Of a DNA stretch of 61,787 nucleotides, positions 19,169-27,418 are shown one piece after another. How positions within the stretch are numbered: the first letter of the stretch is position 1; each line of letters begins with the position of its first letter. Origin of the DNA: a virus. Taxonomy: Duplodnaviria; Caudoviricetes. Location: IMG/VR virus record IMGVR_UViG_3300042305_001048, positions 1-61,787 of that record; one strand, 5' to 3'. Position numbers and translations under genes: made by a program. The notes below the pieces were generated by a model. The model was not told the origin of the DNA. It did no database searches and worked only from the letters and a program-made list of their open reading frames with translations.

Positions 19169-19404
19169 TCATTCGCATTGAACTGACCGAGAGCGACTTG
19201 GACACAATCGTCCGCGTGTTGTCAGATGCTGCCGACTATGCCGGCGACATAGTGAACGCGAGCGACGAGGAGGACGAGGAGCATGACCTGTATCGCGACG
19301 AGCATTTTGAGTGCAAGCGACTGGCTGGGTATTTGGAGACATGCGGCCTCTTGGCGGCGTCGAAGGATTTCTCGGCGCGCATGCAAGGACCGAGCGTGAA
19401 CTGA
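19159..19404 (+). CDS. Acidic hypothetical protein
   Basis: Overlaps both neighbours. Confidence 0.55.
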   Translation: MAVIIRIELTESDLDTIVRVLSDAADYAGDIVNASDEEDEEHDLYRDEHFECKRLAGYLETCGLLAASKDFSARMQGPSVN

Positions 19405-19634
19405 TGAGCGACATCACCACTCGCCTTCGCCAGACCCGGGCAAACATGATCGGCACCGATGACGAGGAGCATTACTGGACCTGCCAAGACGCGGCTGCGG
19501 AGATTGAACGGCTGCGGCTCACCGCCGAGGAGCGGGAGGCGATCCATCGCGCCGAGGCGCGGCTGCGAACTGCGTATGTGCCAGATGACGAGACTGCCGC
19601 CACGCTCCGCGCCCTGCTGGAGAGAACCAAGTGA
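19404..19634 (+). CDS. Small protein with LTAEEREAI...ATLRALLER module
   Basis: TGATG overlap; module repeated in the next gene. Confidence 0.6.
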   Translation: MSDITTRLRQTRANMIGTDDEEHYWTCQDAAAEIERLRLTAEEREAIHRAEARLRTAYVPDDETAATLRALLERTK

Positions 19635-19969
19635 CTGACCGCGACACGTTCGCCGCTGCGGCGTTGACGGGGCTGCTGGCCGCGCCGACCGGTAAGGATC
19701 GCTCGTTGGAGTACTGGGCGCGTTTTTCTTACGAAATCGCTGACGCCATGCTCCGCGAGCGTGGTGGTACGGAACCGATGCCGAAAGAAAAACGGGCAGA
19801 AGTTTCTTACACGCTCACCGCCGAGGAGCGGGAGGCGATTGATTTCGCCTGCATGAACCTCATGGAGACGACCCGGCGAGCGATGCAAAGGTGCCACGCC
19901 GATGAGGACATTGCCCCAGTTTCTAAAGCCAGGGCCACGCTTCGCGCCCTGCTGGAGCGGACACAATGA
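19631..19969 (+). CDS. Small protein with RDxFAAAALxGLL and LTAEEREAI...ATLRALLER modules
   Basis: GTGA overlap; common phage small-protein motifs. Confidence 0.65.
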   Translation: MTDRDTFAAAALTGLLAAPTGKDRSLEYWARFSYEIADAMLRERGGTEPMPKEKRAEVSYTLTAEEREAIDFACMNLMETTRRAMQRCHADEDIAPVSKARATLRALLERTQ

Positions 19970-20118
19970 GCGGCACCCTCATCATCATTACCGGGCTGAT
20001 CTATGCCTGGGTGGCGGCAGAGCAGGTGGCCCGCGGCAACCTGCCCATGGCTGTCACCTACGCCAGCTACGCCACCGCCAACATAGGATTGTACTGGATG
20101 GCCCTGGCTTCGCATTAG
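19966..20118 (+). CDS. 50-aa membrane protein with two hydrophobic helices (absent from the ORF track)
   Basis: ATGA overlap; MSGTLIIITGLIYAWVAAEQVARGNLPMAVTYASYATANIGLYWMALASH. Confidence 0.6.
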   Translation: MSGTLIIITGLIYAWVAAEQVARGNLPMAVTYASYATANIGLYWMALASH

Positions 20119-20199
20119 ACGCCCGACCAGCCCTCCGGCCTGTACCACAGGGGCCTAGCCGGAGGGGCGCTATAACCGCACGCAGGACACTTATCCTAT

Positions 20200-20805
20200 G
20201 TGCGCTACATTTTGATGGTACTTGCCACCCTACCCGCCGTAGCCCTGGCCGATGGCCCGGCCTGGTCGCCGCCCCCCAACTGGCCCCCCATACTGAGGGA
20301 TGTGGCGAGCCGCCTGCCCAGGCACACCGATGCCAAGGACGCAGACCTCATCACCTACGTGCATGAGGGCACACACTTCCTCAGTCGCTGGCGGGCGGGC
20401 GGCCACTGCGTGTACGTGCTGGACGGTGCGAGGTGGTGCATCTCCACGCCACCCCTCCAAACCGAAACTGTCCTGTCGGCTGTGCCGGCTGAAGTGAGAG
20501 GTTCGATCTACCAGACGTACCTCAAGCAGGCACGCACGGAATACTGGCGCGATCAGCCGCTGATGATCGTTGACGAGTGGAACGCATACGCGCACGGCGG
20601 CATCGCGCGCCGGCAGATTGGGACCACCTCTAGGTCCGAGACGAACGTATACTCATGGCACTTCGCCCAGTACGCCCGCGTGCTGGTGCGACTTGCAAGG
20701 GACTGCGAGGGCTACGACTCTGCCGAGCTGCGGCGGTTCTGTAATTGGAACCTCGCACGCTGCAGGGAGAACGCGCCCGAGCTGGATTGGGACTTCGACT
20801 ACTAG
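20200..20805 (+). CDS. Secreted zincin-like metallopeptidase
   Basis: Signal peptide MRYILMVLATLPAVALA; HEGTH (HExxH) and a downstream DEWNAY glutamate. Confidence 0.6.
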   Translation: MRYILMVLATLPAVALADGPAWSPPPNWPPILRDVASRLPRHTDAKDADLITYVHEGTHFLSRWRAGGHCVYVLDGARWCISTPPLQTETVLSAVPAEVRGSIYQTYLKQARTEYWRDQPLMIVDEWNAYAHGGIARRQIGTTSRSETNVYSWHFAQYARVLVRLARDCEGYDSAELRRFCNWNLARCRENAPELDWDFDY

Positions 20806-21157
20806 GCACTGCTTGCCACGGACGGCCTGAAGCTCGGCCCCCCGCCGACTACCGCAAGGATGACAAGAGGGGGCGATCCTGGAGTGACCCGCCAGACATG
20901 GCAATCCTCCAGCTTACGGCGTAAGCCCTGCCCGCTGACGACTCCAGCAGGGACGCTAAGACACTGGGTGTCCAGCCGTACGGGGCGATGGATGTAAGGT
21001 GCGAACCCCGTGAACAAAACGCAGCACCCGCTCTCTGCAACCCGGCTCCGCCGCTTGAAGAGCTAGCGACTTACCCAAATTGTTGGGAGTCGCTATGCAC
21101 CCTTCCACCGCTTGATGAGCCTAGCGCACCCTCGTATACGACTGTACACTACGTCGG
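20806..21157 (+). ncRNA. Candidate structured non-coding RNA or origin element of unknown class
   Basis: No plus-strand ORF of 60 aa or more; 8-9 adjacent or nested hairpins and a closing long-range helix. Confidence 0.5.
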
Positions 21158-21580
21158 GTGAAGCGCTGCGGGAAATGCCAACGCGACCTACCAGATACCT
21201 CGTTCTACAAACGAGCGAGGTCGCCCGATGGATTGCAGGCTAGGTGCAAGGAGTGCAACCTCCAGGACGTTAAGGACTATCAGCAGAAGCGGGGCAAGAG
21301 CCAGCTTCACAGACAGTCTCGTTACGGCCTGACCAGCGACGAGGTGACGGCGTACCTGCATGTGCCTTCCTGCCAGGCGTGTGGCTCTAAGTTTGCCACG
21401 GAATCCGAAATGAAATTCGATCACTGCCACCAGCTCGGGCATGTGAGAGGGGTGCTGTGCCACCGCTGCAACATGACCTGCCTGGGTGACGCAGAGGAAT
21501 GCGTGATCCGCATGGAGGCGTGCCTGGCATACCTGCTTCGCGACCTGGAGAGGGGCAGTGAACAAGCAAGAACAGGCTGA
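21158..21580 (+). CDS. Endonuclease VII-family nuclease with N-terminal zinc finger
   Basis: CGKC...CKEC; YGLT; CQAC...DHCH..GHVRGVLCHRCN. Confidence 0.85.
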   Translation: MKRCGKCQRDLPDTSFYKRARSPDGLQARCKECNLQDVKDYQQKRGKSQLHRQSRYGLTSDEVTAYLHVPSCQACGSKFATESEMKFDHCHQLGHVRGVLCHRCNMTCLGDAEECVIRMEACLAYLLRDLERGSEQARTG

Positions 21581-21956
21581 CCTCCTGGCGTGGGTGGCAG
21601 AGCATCGCTGTTGTGCGGTGTGCTGGTGGCCCGAGAGCGACGGCCGGCGCGGCTTGGAGGTGCATCACCTCATCGGCGGCGCAGGTCGCAAGCATGATGT
21701 GCGCCAGTATGTAAGGCTCTGCGAGCGCTGCCACGGTGTGTTACATAGTGGCAAGGTGTACGCTAGACAACCGGACCTAGACAGGCGTATACTCTTGGGC
21801 GTCAAGCAAGAGTGTGACCCCGAGAACTACGACCCCAGCTTCTTGGCCTCACTGAAACACAAGAAGCATCTGGGGTACGACCCAGCCCCCCTGCCCGATT
21901 ACTACCTGGAAGAGCGCCAGAGGAACACCCGATCATGGCAGTCGCGACAACCCTAG
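21558..21956 (+). CDS. HNH endonuclease-like protein
   Basis: CAVC...LEVHHL...LCERCHG..H. Confidence 0.75.
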   Translation: MNKQEQADLLAWVAEHRCCAVCWWPESDGRRGLEVHHLIGGAGRKHDVRQYVRLCERCHGVLHSGKVYARQPDLDRRILLGVKQECDPENYDPSFLASLKHKKHLGYDPAPLPDYYLEERQRNTRSWQSRQP

Positions 21957-21982
21957 TGCGTGCCGGCGTGCAGTCGAAGACG

Positions 21983-22198
21983 ATGAACCACACGGCGGTG
22001 TGCTACTGGGACACGCTCGGAGATAGCCGGGACTTCAACTTTGCCTGCGACGTAGGCCAGTGGTTCTCCAAGAACGAGAAGGCGCTGGACAAGAGCCGGG
22101 CCACGCAGGTGGCGAAGGCGTGCTGCGACCAGTTCCCGACGCTGATTGAGGTACAGATCAAGGACGCTCACGGCAGGCTTGCCATGGTGGTGCGATGA
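21983..22198 (+). CDS. Hypothetical protein
   Basis: Fills the gap; ATGA overlap with the next gene; start uncertain. Confidence 0.45.
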   Translation: MNHTAVCYWDTLGDSRDFNFACDVGQWFSKNEKALDKSRATQVAKACCDQFPTLIEVQIKDAHGRLAMVVR

Positions 22199-22671
22199 AC
22201 TCTCGGGCCAAGGGCGCAAGAGGAGAGCGGGAAGCTGCCGCCGCCTGGGCCAAGGCGACCGGGGCGACCGCACGCAGAGGCCAGCAATTCGCGGGCGGAA
22301 CGGATTCCCCGGATGTTGTTTCCTCCATGGAGGGCATCCACCTAGAGGTGAAGCGGGTGGAGCGGGGGAACCCATACGACTGGATGGAGCAGGCCAGCAG
22401 GGACGCCGGGTCAAAACTCCCCCTCGTCCTGCACCGCCGCTCGTTCCAGCCGTGGCTTGTGATTGTGAGGCTGGATGATGTCCGCCGACTGGCGCAGGAA
22501 ATTGCTAACCAAGCTGAAGCGCTGGTGCCAGGATCGGTGGCCGGTGCCGTACCCAGTGAGGGTGTACCTGCGGCCGACCAGCCAGATGGAGAACCATCTG
22601 GGGTACTTCCTCTACGACGAGGACAACGAGCGCGGACTGATCGCAATCGACGCAAGCCTGCAGCGGAATGA
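22195..22671 (+). CDS. Holliday-junction-resolvase-like PD-(D/E)XK nuclease
   Basis: NSRAKGARGERE...SPDV...HLEVKR. Confidence 0.75.
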   Translation: MNSRAKGARGEREAAAAWAKATGATARRGQQFAGGTDSPDVVSSMEGIHLEVKRVERGNPYDWMEQASRDAGSKLPLVLHRRSFQPWLVIVRLDDVRRLAQEIANQAEALVPGSVAGAVPSEGVPAADQPDGEPSGVLPLRRGQRARTDRNRRKPAAE

Positions 22672-22822
22672 GATGATCGATACGTTCATGGAGGAGTGGG
22701 CACATGCAAGAACAAGCCACCTTGTCGACACCGAAGAAACCAGCGACGACCCTTGGCACCACCCCAGTTTCTGGAGTGAGTATGGACGACTCGTCAAAGC
22801 GTGTCGCGAACGCGCTTGGTGA
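22475..22822 (+). CDS. Small metallopeptidase-fold protein with variant EEWAH motif
   Basis: DTFMEEWAH...HHPSFWSEYG, SprT-like arrangement. Confidence 0.5.
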   Translation: MMSADWRRKLLTKLKRWCQDRWPVPYPVRVYLRPTSQMENHLGYFLYDEDNERGLIAIDASLQRNEMIDTFMEEWAHARTSHLVDTEETSDDPWHHPSFWSEYGRLVKACRERAW

Positions 22823-23144
22823 GCTGGAGTCTTTGATCCCAGACGATCCGTACCTGGGCATCTGCATCGGCCTGTGGAAGCTGCTCTCCCGCAAGCGGGG
22901 GTACTACGGCTGCGTTGAGAACCCGCTGGAAAATGCGCTGGGAGTGCTGGATGAGGGCATCGAACCGTGGGTGTACCAGCTTGCCCGCATCGGCGAGAAG
23001 TGCCGCCGGCTCCGGGGGATGATCGGCACCGACCGGACAATAGCTATTAGGGAAACCCTGTCCGACATCGCCGGCCATGCCGTGGTGGCGATGGCCTGCC
23101 AGGACCGCGCTTTGGAAACAGACCTGAAGGAGGAGTGCCAGTGA
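22782..23144 (+). CDS. Nucleotide-modification-associated (Nmad1/DUF1599, MazG-fold-like) protein
   Basis: RKRGYYG...N...RIGEK..RL...ETLSDIAGHAVV. Confidence 0.55.
   Translation: MDDSSKRVANALGELESLIPDDPYLGICIGLWKLLSRKRGYYGCVENPLENALGVLDEGIEPWVYQLARIGEKCRRLRGMIGTDRTIAIRETLSDIAGHAVVAMACQDRALETDLKEECQ
23035..23050 (+). promoter_or_regulatory. Putative late promoter GGACAAT-N5-TTAG for the protease cassette
   Basis: Copy of the recurring motif about 90 nt before 23141. Confidence 0.45.
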
Positions 23145-23458
23145 ACGTCAAAGTCCTGCAGTGGTTGCTCAAGAACCAGGCCGTCCTCCGCAAGGTTGCC
23201 GACGTTGCGTCTGGCTGGAAGGCGAGCCTGAGCTACGCCGAGAAGTGGGCCATCGTTGACTCCATCGCCAAGCTGCTGATCCCGGTGCTTGAGTCTGACA
23301 CCGTGACGGCCAAGGCCCTGCTGACAGACGAGGGTGATGTGCGGTTCATGTCCGCCATGCAGGAGGAAGTCTCCGCCCTTGGGATTGACTGGGCGTTCAT
23401 CCGCGACACCGTCATTCCGCTGGTCATCATGGCCCTGCAGATCATCGGGCGAACGTGA
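23141..23458 (+). CDS. Hypothetical protein with C-terminal hydrophobic helix
   Basis: AGGAGG RBS; GTGA overlaps. Confidence 0.6.
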   Translation: MNVKVLQWLLKNQAVLRKVADVASGWKASLSYAEKWAIVDSIAKLLIPVLESDTVTAKALLTDEGDVRFMSAMQEEVSALGIDWAFIRDTVIPLVIMALQIIGRT

Positions 23459-24399
23459 GCGGGTACGTCCACCTCCCGCCTTACCGCGTAGACCTGGCGA
23501 ACGTACCTCACTCCCTCTCGGATGGAGTCGACTGGGGCGTGCAGTCTTACGGCGTCCCCGCCCTGTGGTCACGCACCAAGGGTGAGGGCGTGCGGGTGGC
23601 GGTGGTGGACACGGGTGTTGCCAAGCACCCTGCCCTAGACGATGCCATCATCGACCGCCGCAACTTCTCCCAGGACACCGAGGTCGCCGACACGGTTGGT
23701 CACGGCACGCATGTGGCCGGGATCATTGCGGCACGCTCGGGATTGGCGAAGGGCATCGCCCCTGCCTGCAGCATCCTCGCACTCAAGGTGCTGGGACACT
23801 CTGGGATGGGCAGCAACGAGGCTGTGACCCAAGCTGTGCGGCATGCGACCGAGGCGAAGTGCGACATCATCTCCATGTCGCTTGGGTCCACGGCACCGGA
23901 CGACTACCTGCACGCCGCGATCCGCGATGCGTACTCCGCGGGGATCGTTGTCGTCTGCGCCGCTGGCAACGATGGCTCGGCCGTGAACTTCCCTGCCGCC
24001 TACCGTGAGACGGTGGGCGTAGGTGCAGTCGACAAGAACGGCAGCGCCTGCGAGTTCAGCAGCCGAGGCAAGGAGATTGCCGTGGCTGCGCCGGGCGAGG
24101 CGATCACTAGCTGCTGGCTGGGCGGAGGCTATGCCACGGTGAGTGGCACAAGCATGGCCGCGCCGTTTGTCTCCGGTGTCATCGCCCTGTTCATTTCAAG
24201 CAGCAAGGCGGATGGCGAGAAGGTGGATCACGCATCCGTGATGAACGCCTTGGAGCTGACCTGCCGCGATGTGGGCGCGACGGGGCGCGACCCTCTGTAC
24301 GGCTGGGGTCTTCTGGACCCGCACAAGTTGTTGAACTACAGCACGCAGTCCACGGCGGGCGGCGTGACGATCTTCATACCCGGAGCGCGAGTGCTGTGA
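23455..24399 (+). CDS. Subtilisin-family (S8) serine protease
   Basis: VAVVDTG, HGTHVAG, AAGN and GTSMAAP: full catalytic triad. Confidence 0.95.
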   Translation: MSGYVHLPPYRVDLANVPHSLSDGVDWGVQSYGVPALWSRTKGEGVRVAVVDTGVAKHPALDDAIIDRRNFSQDTEVADTVGHGTHVAGIIAARSGLAKGIAPACSILALKVLGHSGMGSNEAVTQAVRHATEAKCDIISMSLGSTAPDDYLHAAIRDAYSAGIVVVCAAGNDGSAVNFPAAYRETVGVGAVDKNGSACEFSSRGKEIAVAAPGEAITSCWLGGGYATVSGTSMAAPFVSGVIALFISSSKADGEKVDHASVMNALELTCRDVGATGRDPLYGWGLLDPHKLLNYSTQSTAGGVTIFIPGARVL

Positions 24400-24620
24400 C
24401 CACGTATCAGATCATCTCCCTCATAGCACTGGCGGTTGCGGTCCTCGGCGTCTACGGACAGACCCTCATCGGCAAGATCAGATGGCCTTCCCGCTCCTCC
24501 AAGCCAGGCATCATGAGCGCCATCGAATCGGTGGTGGCAGTGCGCGACCAGTACGCCGACGCAGAGGTGACGGCCGCATGCAACTCTCTGCTTGCTGCTC
24601 TGCTGAAGGTGCAGCGTTGA
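24396..24620 (+). CDS. Small membrane protein (holin-like position)
   Basis: N-terminal TM helix IISLIALAVAVLGVY. Confidence 0.55.
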   Translation: MTTYQIISLIALAVAVLGVYGQTLIGKIRWPSRSSKPGIMSAIESVVAVRDQYADAEVTAACNSLLAALLKVQR

Positions 24621-25006
24621 AGAACATACCCATCGCCGTCGCCCTTGTACTTGTTGTTCTCTCCTTCCTCCCTGGCCGCCAGCCCGCCGCCGGCCCAGTA
24701 GCCGAGGCCCTTCGCACGGCCACCCCCTCCGACCGTGCCAAGGTAGCCCGCATCTACAGCGCGCTCGCAACGATCACCGAGCGCGATGCCGGCAGTCAGA
24801 TCGCCACCGTTGGCGTCTGGCGCGCAGTCCACAGCGCAGAGCTGCGGCTGGCGGTCGGGGAGTTGAAGGGCAAGTACCCCGGCCTGGATGTGGCAGTGGA
24901 AAAAGTCCTCGCCTCGTTCGTCCCGGCCGAGGATGTGCCGATGTCTGAGGATGTGGTCAGGAAGCTGACAGCCGGGTGCTTGGAGGTAGCGAAACAGAGT
25001 GGCTGA
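24617..25006 (+). CDS. Membrane-anchored or exported helical protein
   Basis: TTGA overlap; MKNIPIAVALVLVVLSFLP signal/TM. Confidence 0.55.
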   Translation: MKNIPIAVALVLVVLSFLPGRQPAAGPVAEALRTATPSDRAKVARIYSALATITERDAGSQIATVGVWRAVHSAELRLAVGELKGKYPGLDVAVEKVLASFVPAEDVPMSEDVVRKLTAGCLEVAKQSG

Positions 25007-25934
25007 CTTCGATCCGGTCAAGGCTTACGAGGACGGGCTGGAAGGCTGGAAGGATTCCCCCCGGGCGAGAGCCCTGTGGCAAGAGAGCCAGCCGAACGCT
25101 GTGTACTACGAGCCGAACAACGCCGGCTCCAGCGAGGGGCAGAAGGCCCTGCTGTACAGCTACTACATGCGGCTGGAACCGAAGGCGTTCACCGAGGTGC
25201 AGACCGAGCCAGATTGCGTCAGCCATGGATCGCGCAACGCCCGCGATTCTACGCGAGCCACCTCCATCCTGATCGGCAGGGAACCGAAGTCTTTCGGCGG
25301 CATCTCTGCAACGGAGCCGACGTACGGTGCGCGTGAGCATGGCGGAGGCGGAATGATCCCGGCCAAAGCCAGCATGTTTGAGCGCGACGTTGGCTACGTG
25401 CTGCGCCGCAAGGTCGGCAAGTACGACCTGTCCAAGTACGACGGGTCCATCGGCGCTGCGTGGGGCAGGGCCGGAGGCGTGCCCGCAGAGGTAAAGGAAG
25501 AGTGCCAGCAGTCCAAGGTTGGGATCATCAGACAGCTCACCACCGTGCGTGATGCGATGGACTGCCTCGCCAACGGATACGCAATCCACTCAGGGCAGTA
25601 CGCCAAGTGGTCGGCCACACCAAACAAGCAGAACTACCACCCTCGCCTGCCAGGCGGATGGGCGCATGACCTTGCGACCGTTGGCTACGACGACACCAAA
25701 ACCTTCTGGCCGTTCACTGTGTTCTTCATGGCGAATAGCTGGGGCGCATGGAACCAACTGCCGAAGGACTGGCCCGATGATTACCCCCGCCTCCCTGCGG
25801 GGGCGATCATCACCCGGGCCGAGGACTGGGCGGTGTGCGTTGAGAATGGTGACGCCTGGGCGTACGGCGGCGTCGAAGGATTCCCTCCCCAGAGATTGCC
25901 CGACCTGGGCGCAATAGGACTTCTCCAGAAATGA
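24999..25934 (+). CDS. Papain-like (C1) cysteine protease
   Basis: QTEPDCVSHG, WAHDL..VGYDD, ANSWG. Confidence 0.85.
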   Translation: MADFDPVKAYEDGLEGWKDSPRARALWQESQPNAVYYEPNNAGSSEGQKALLYSYYMRLEPKAFTEVQTEPDCVSHGSRNARDSTRATSILIGREPKSFGGISATEPTYGAREHGGGGMIPAKASMFERDVGYVLRRKVGKYDLSKYDGSIGAAWGRAGGVPAEVKEECQQSKVGIIRQLTTVRDAMDCLANGYAIHSGQYAKWSATPNKQNYHPRLPGGWAHDLATVGYDDTKTFWPFTVFFMANSWGAWNQLPKDWPDDYPRLPAGAIITRAEDWAVCVENGDAWAYGGVEGFPPQRLPDLGAIGLLQK

Positions 25935-26167
25935 CATGGCTCATCCTCCTGTTCTTTCCTCTTATGTACGAAGAGCGCGTCGCAGCCGAGGCGGCGTACG
26001 TCATCGTCACGCGCCAGCCCGAGAAGCCGACCGGCGAGAAGTGCTGCAACTGTGTCGGCGGCAAGATGCTGCACGGCGACGGCCATGTCACCGACTGCCC
26101 GTGCCCAGACACATGCGAGTGCAAGCGTATGAAGGCGCTGCTCCACCCACCAGTGAGGCTGCGATGA
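25931..26167 (+). CDS. Small exported Cys-rich protein
   Basis: Hydrophobic N-terminus; CCNC..GDGH..CPC...CEC. Confidence 0.55.
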   Translation: MTWLILLFFPLMYEERVAAEAAYVIVTRQPEKPTGEKCCNCVGGKMLHGDGHVTDCPCPDTCECKRMKALLHPPVRLR

Positions 26168-26460
26168 GAATCAAGCGAGTGGCCGAGGCGTGCCTGCAAG
26201 AGAGCGGTGCCGGCACCATCTCCGACAAGGCTGGCGAGCTGACGCTGATCGCCATCGCCTGCGCCAGCGAGGACATGAAGGAGTGGCGCGACAACATCAA
26301 GCGGCAGTACCGCAAGCGCCACCCGAAGTGCGGCAGCATCTTCTTGATCTTCATCCTTCCTCTCTTGGTATCCCTCATCAGCAACTGGTTGGCCCGATGG
26401 ATTTTCAAAGACTCCGATCTTCAGACTCTGAAGGCGGAGGCGCTGAACGAATTAGGTTGA
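26164..26460 (+). CDS. Small membrane protein
   Basis: ATGA overlap; TM IFLIFILPLLVSLISNWLA. Confidence 0.55.
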   Translation: MRIKRVAEACLQESGAGTISDKAGELTLIAIACASEDMKEWRDNIKRQYRKRHPKCGSIFLIFILPLLVSLISNWLARWIFKDSDLQTLKAEALNELG

Positions 26461-26615
26461 GCTGCAAGGTGAACGACCACACCTTTGTGTATCAGTACCC
26501 CCCCGATGAAGTGGAAGATGCGATGGCGTTGATCAAGCGCCATGTGGAAGAGGGGTTGCTGCACCCGTACGCCGGGCTGCTGCTCGTACATATCGGGAGG
26601 AGCAATGAGCTTTGA
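26397..26615 (+). CDS. Hypothetical protein
   Basis: 3' part of ORF 26190-26615; start uncertain. Confidence 0.4.
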   Translation: MDFQRLRSSDSEGGGAERIRLSCKVNDHTFVYQYPPDEVEDAMALIKRHVEEGLLHPYAGLLLVHIGRSNEL

Positions 26616-26832
26616 AGGGGAACTGTGGATGCTCGGCATCAGCGTGGCTGCAGCCGTCATCCCTTGGGCGTTCAGCCTGCACGCGAAAGTCGCGGTCATC
26701 GCCAACAGCGTGGAGTCGCTGCCCGAAATGTTTGAGGAGCTGCGCGCCACCCTGGAAGAACATGAGGAACGACTAGACGAGCATGAGCAGGCGATACAAA
26801 CTCTCAGCAAAAAGACAGACGCTGGTCGTTGA
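26605..26832 (+). CDS. TM plus coiled-coil protein (holin/antiholin-like)
   Basis: GGAGG RBS; TM followed by an acidic heptad coil. Confidence 0.55.
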   Translation: MSFEGELWMLGISVAAAVIPWAFSLHAKVAVIANSVESLPEMFEELRATLEEHEERLDEHEQAIQTLSKKTDAGR

Positions 26833-27418
26833 ACACATGGGCTTGGCGACCATGCTCGCCAGGTTCTTTGTGCAGAACCGCCCGTCCTGGCAGCGTGGCG
26901 TGCTGATCCCTGACCTAGAGGCAGAGGGATTCTTGGCCCTGACCAAGGCGGCCCGCACGTACGACCCGAAGAAGCTGCCCTACCCGAGGGCGTACTTTGC
27001 CAGGGCCGTACTCAATGCCATGTACAAAAGCATCAAGCGGGTGACCCGCCAGCCTGGCGTAGAGAAGATCACGCTAGAGCAGGCCGAGCAATTGCTGCCC
27101 GACTTCGATGAGCTGGATCACCTGCGGCTGGCGATAGCTGAGCTGCCCGACGAGGACCATGAGCTGGCAACCCTGCGGTTTGTCCGCGGCCTCACGCTAC
27201 AACAGTTGGCGGACGACCAGCAGATACCGCTTCGCGTTGCATCCCGGCGGTCCAGTCGGCTGGCGAAACTTTTGGCGCAATCCTTGGGAATCCGCATATC
27301 GCTGCCCGGTACAGAAGGGACACCTCGGTTACCGAATAGTAGCCGAGACTTCCCTTCCTCCTGTAAGGCTTCCGCACCTCCTTCTTGCAGAGGTGAAGGG
27401 CGATGGCCGACCAAGTAG
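26783..27418 (+). CDS. Sigma-70-family RNA polymerase sigma factor (regions 2 and 4)
   Basis: LVVEHMGLA...DLEAEGFLALTKAARTYDP...YF; LRLAIAELP...LRFVRGLTLQQLA. Confidence 0.85.
   Translation: MSRRYKLSAKRQTLVVEHMGLATMLARFFVQNRPSWQRGVLIPDLEAEGFLALTKAARTYDPKKLPYPRAYFARAVLNAMYKSIKRVTRQPGVEKITLEQAEQLLPDFDELDHLRLAIAELPDEDHELATLRFVRGLTLQQLADDQQIPLRVASRRSSRLAKLLAQSLGIRISLPGTEGTPRLPNSSRDFPSSCKASAPPSCRGEGRWPTK

Noticed and set aside
20935-20960. Hammerhead ribozyme (CTGACGA core)
   Set aside because: Stem II is followed by GCTA rather than the required GAAA
20806-21580. Group I intron with homing endonuclease
   Set aside because: The flanking genes look complete rather than interrupted, and I could not identify P7 or other core elements by eye
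14163-23144. DNA polymerase, primase or DNA methyltransferase
   Set aside because: No such motifs were recognisable in any ORF
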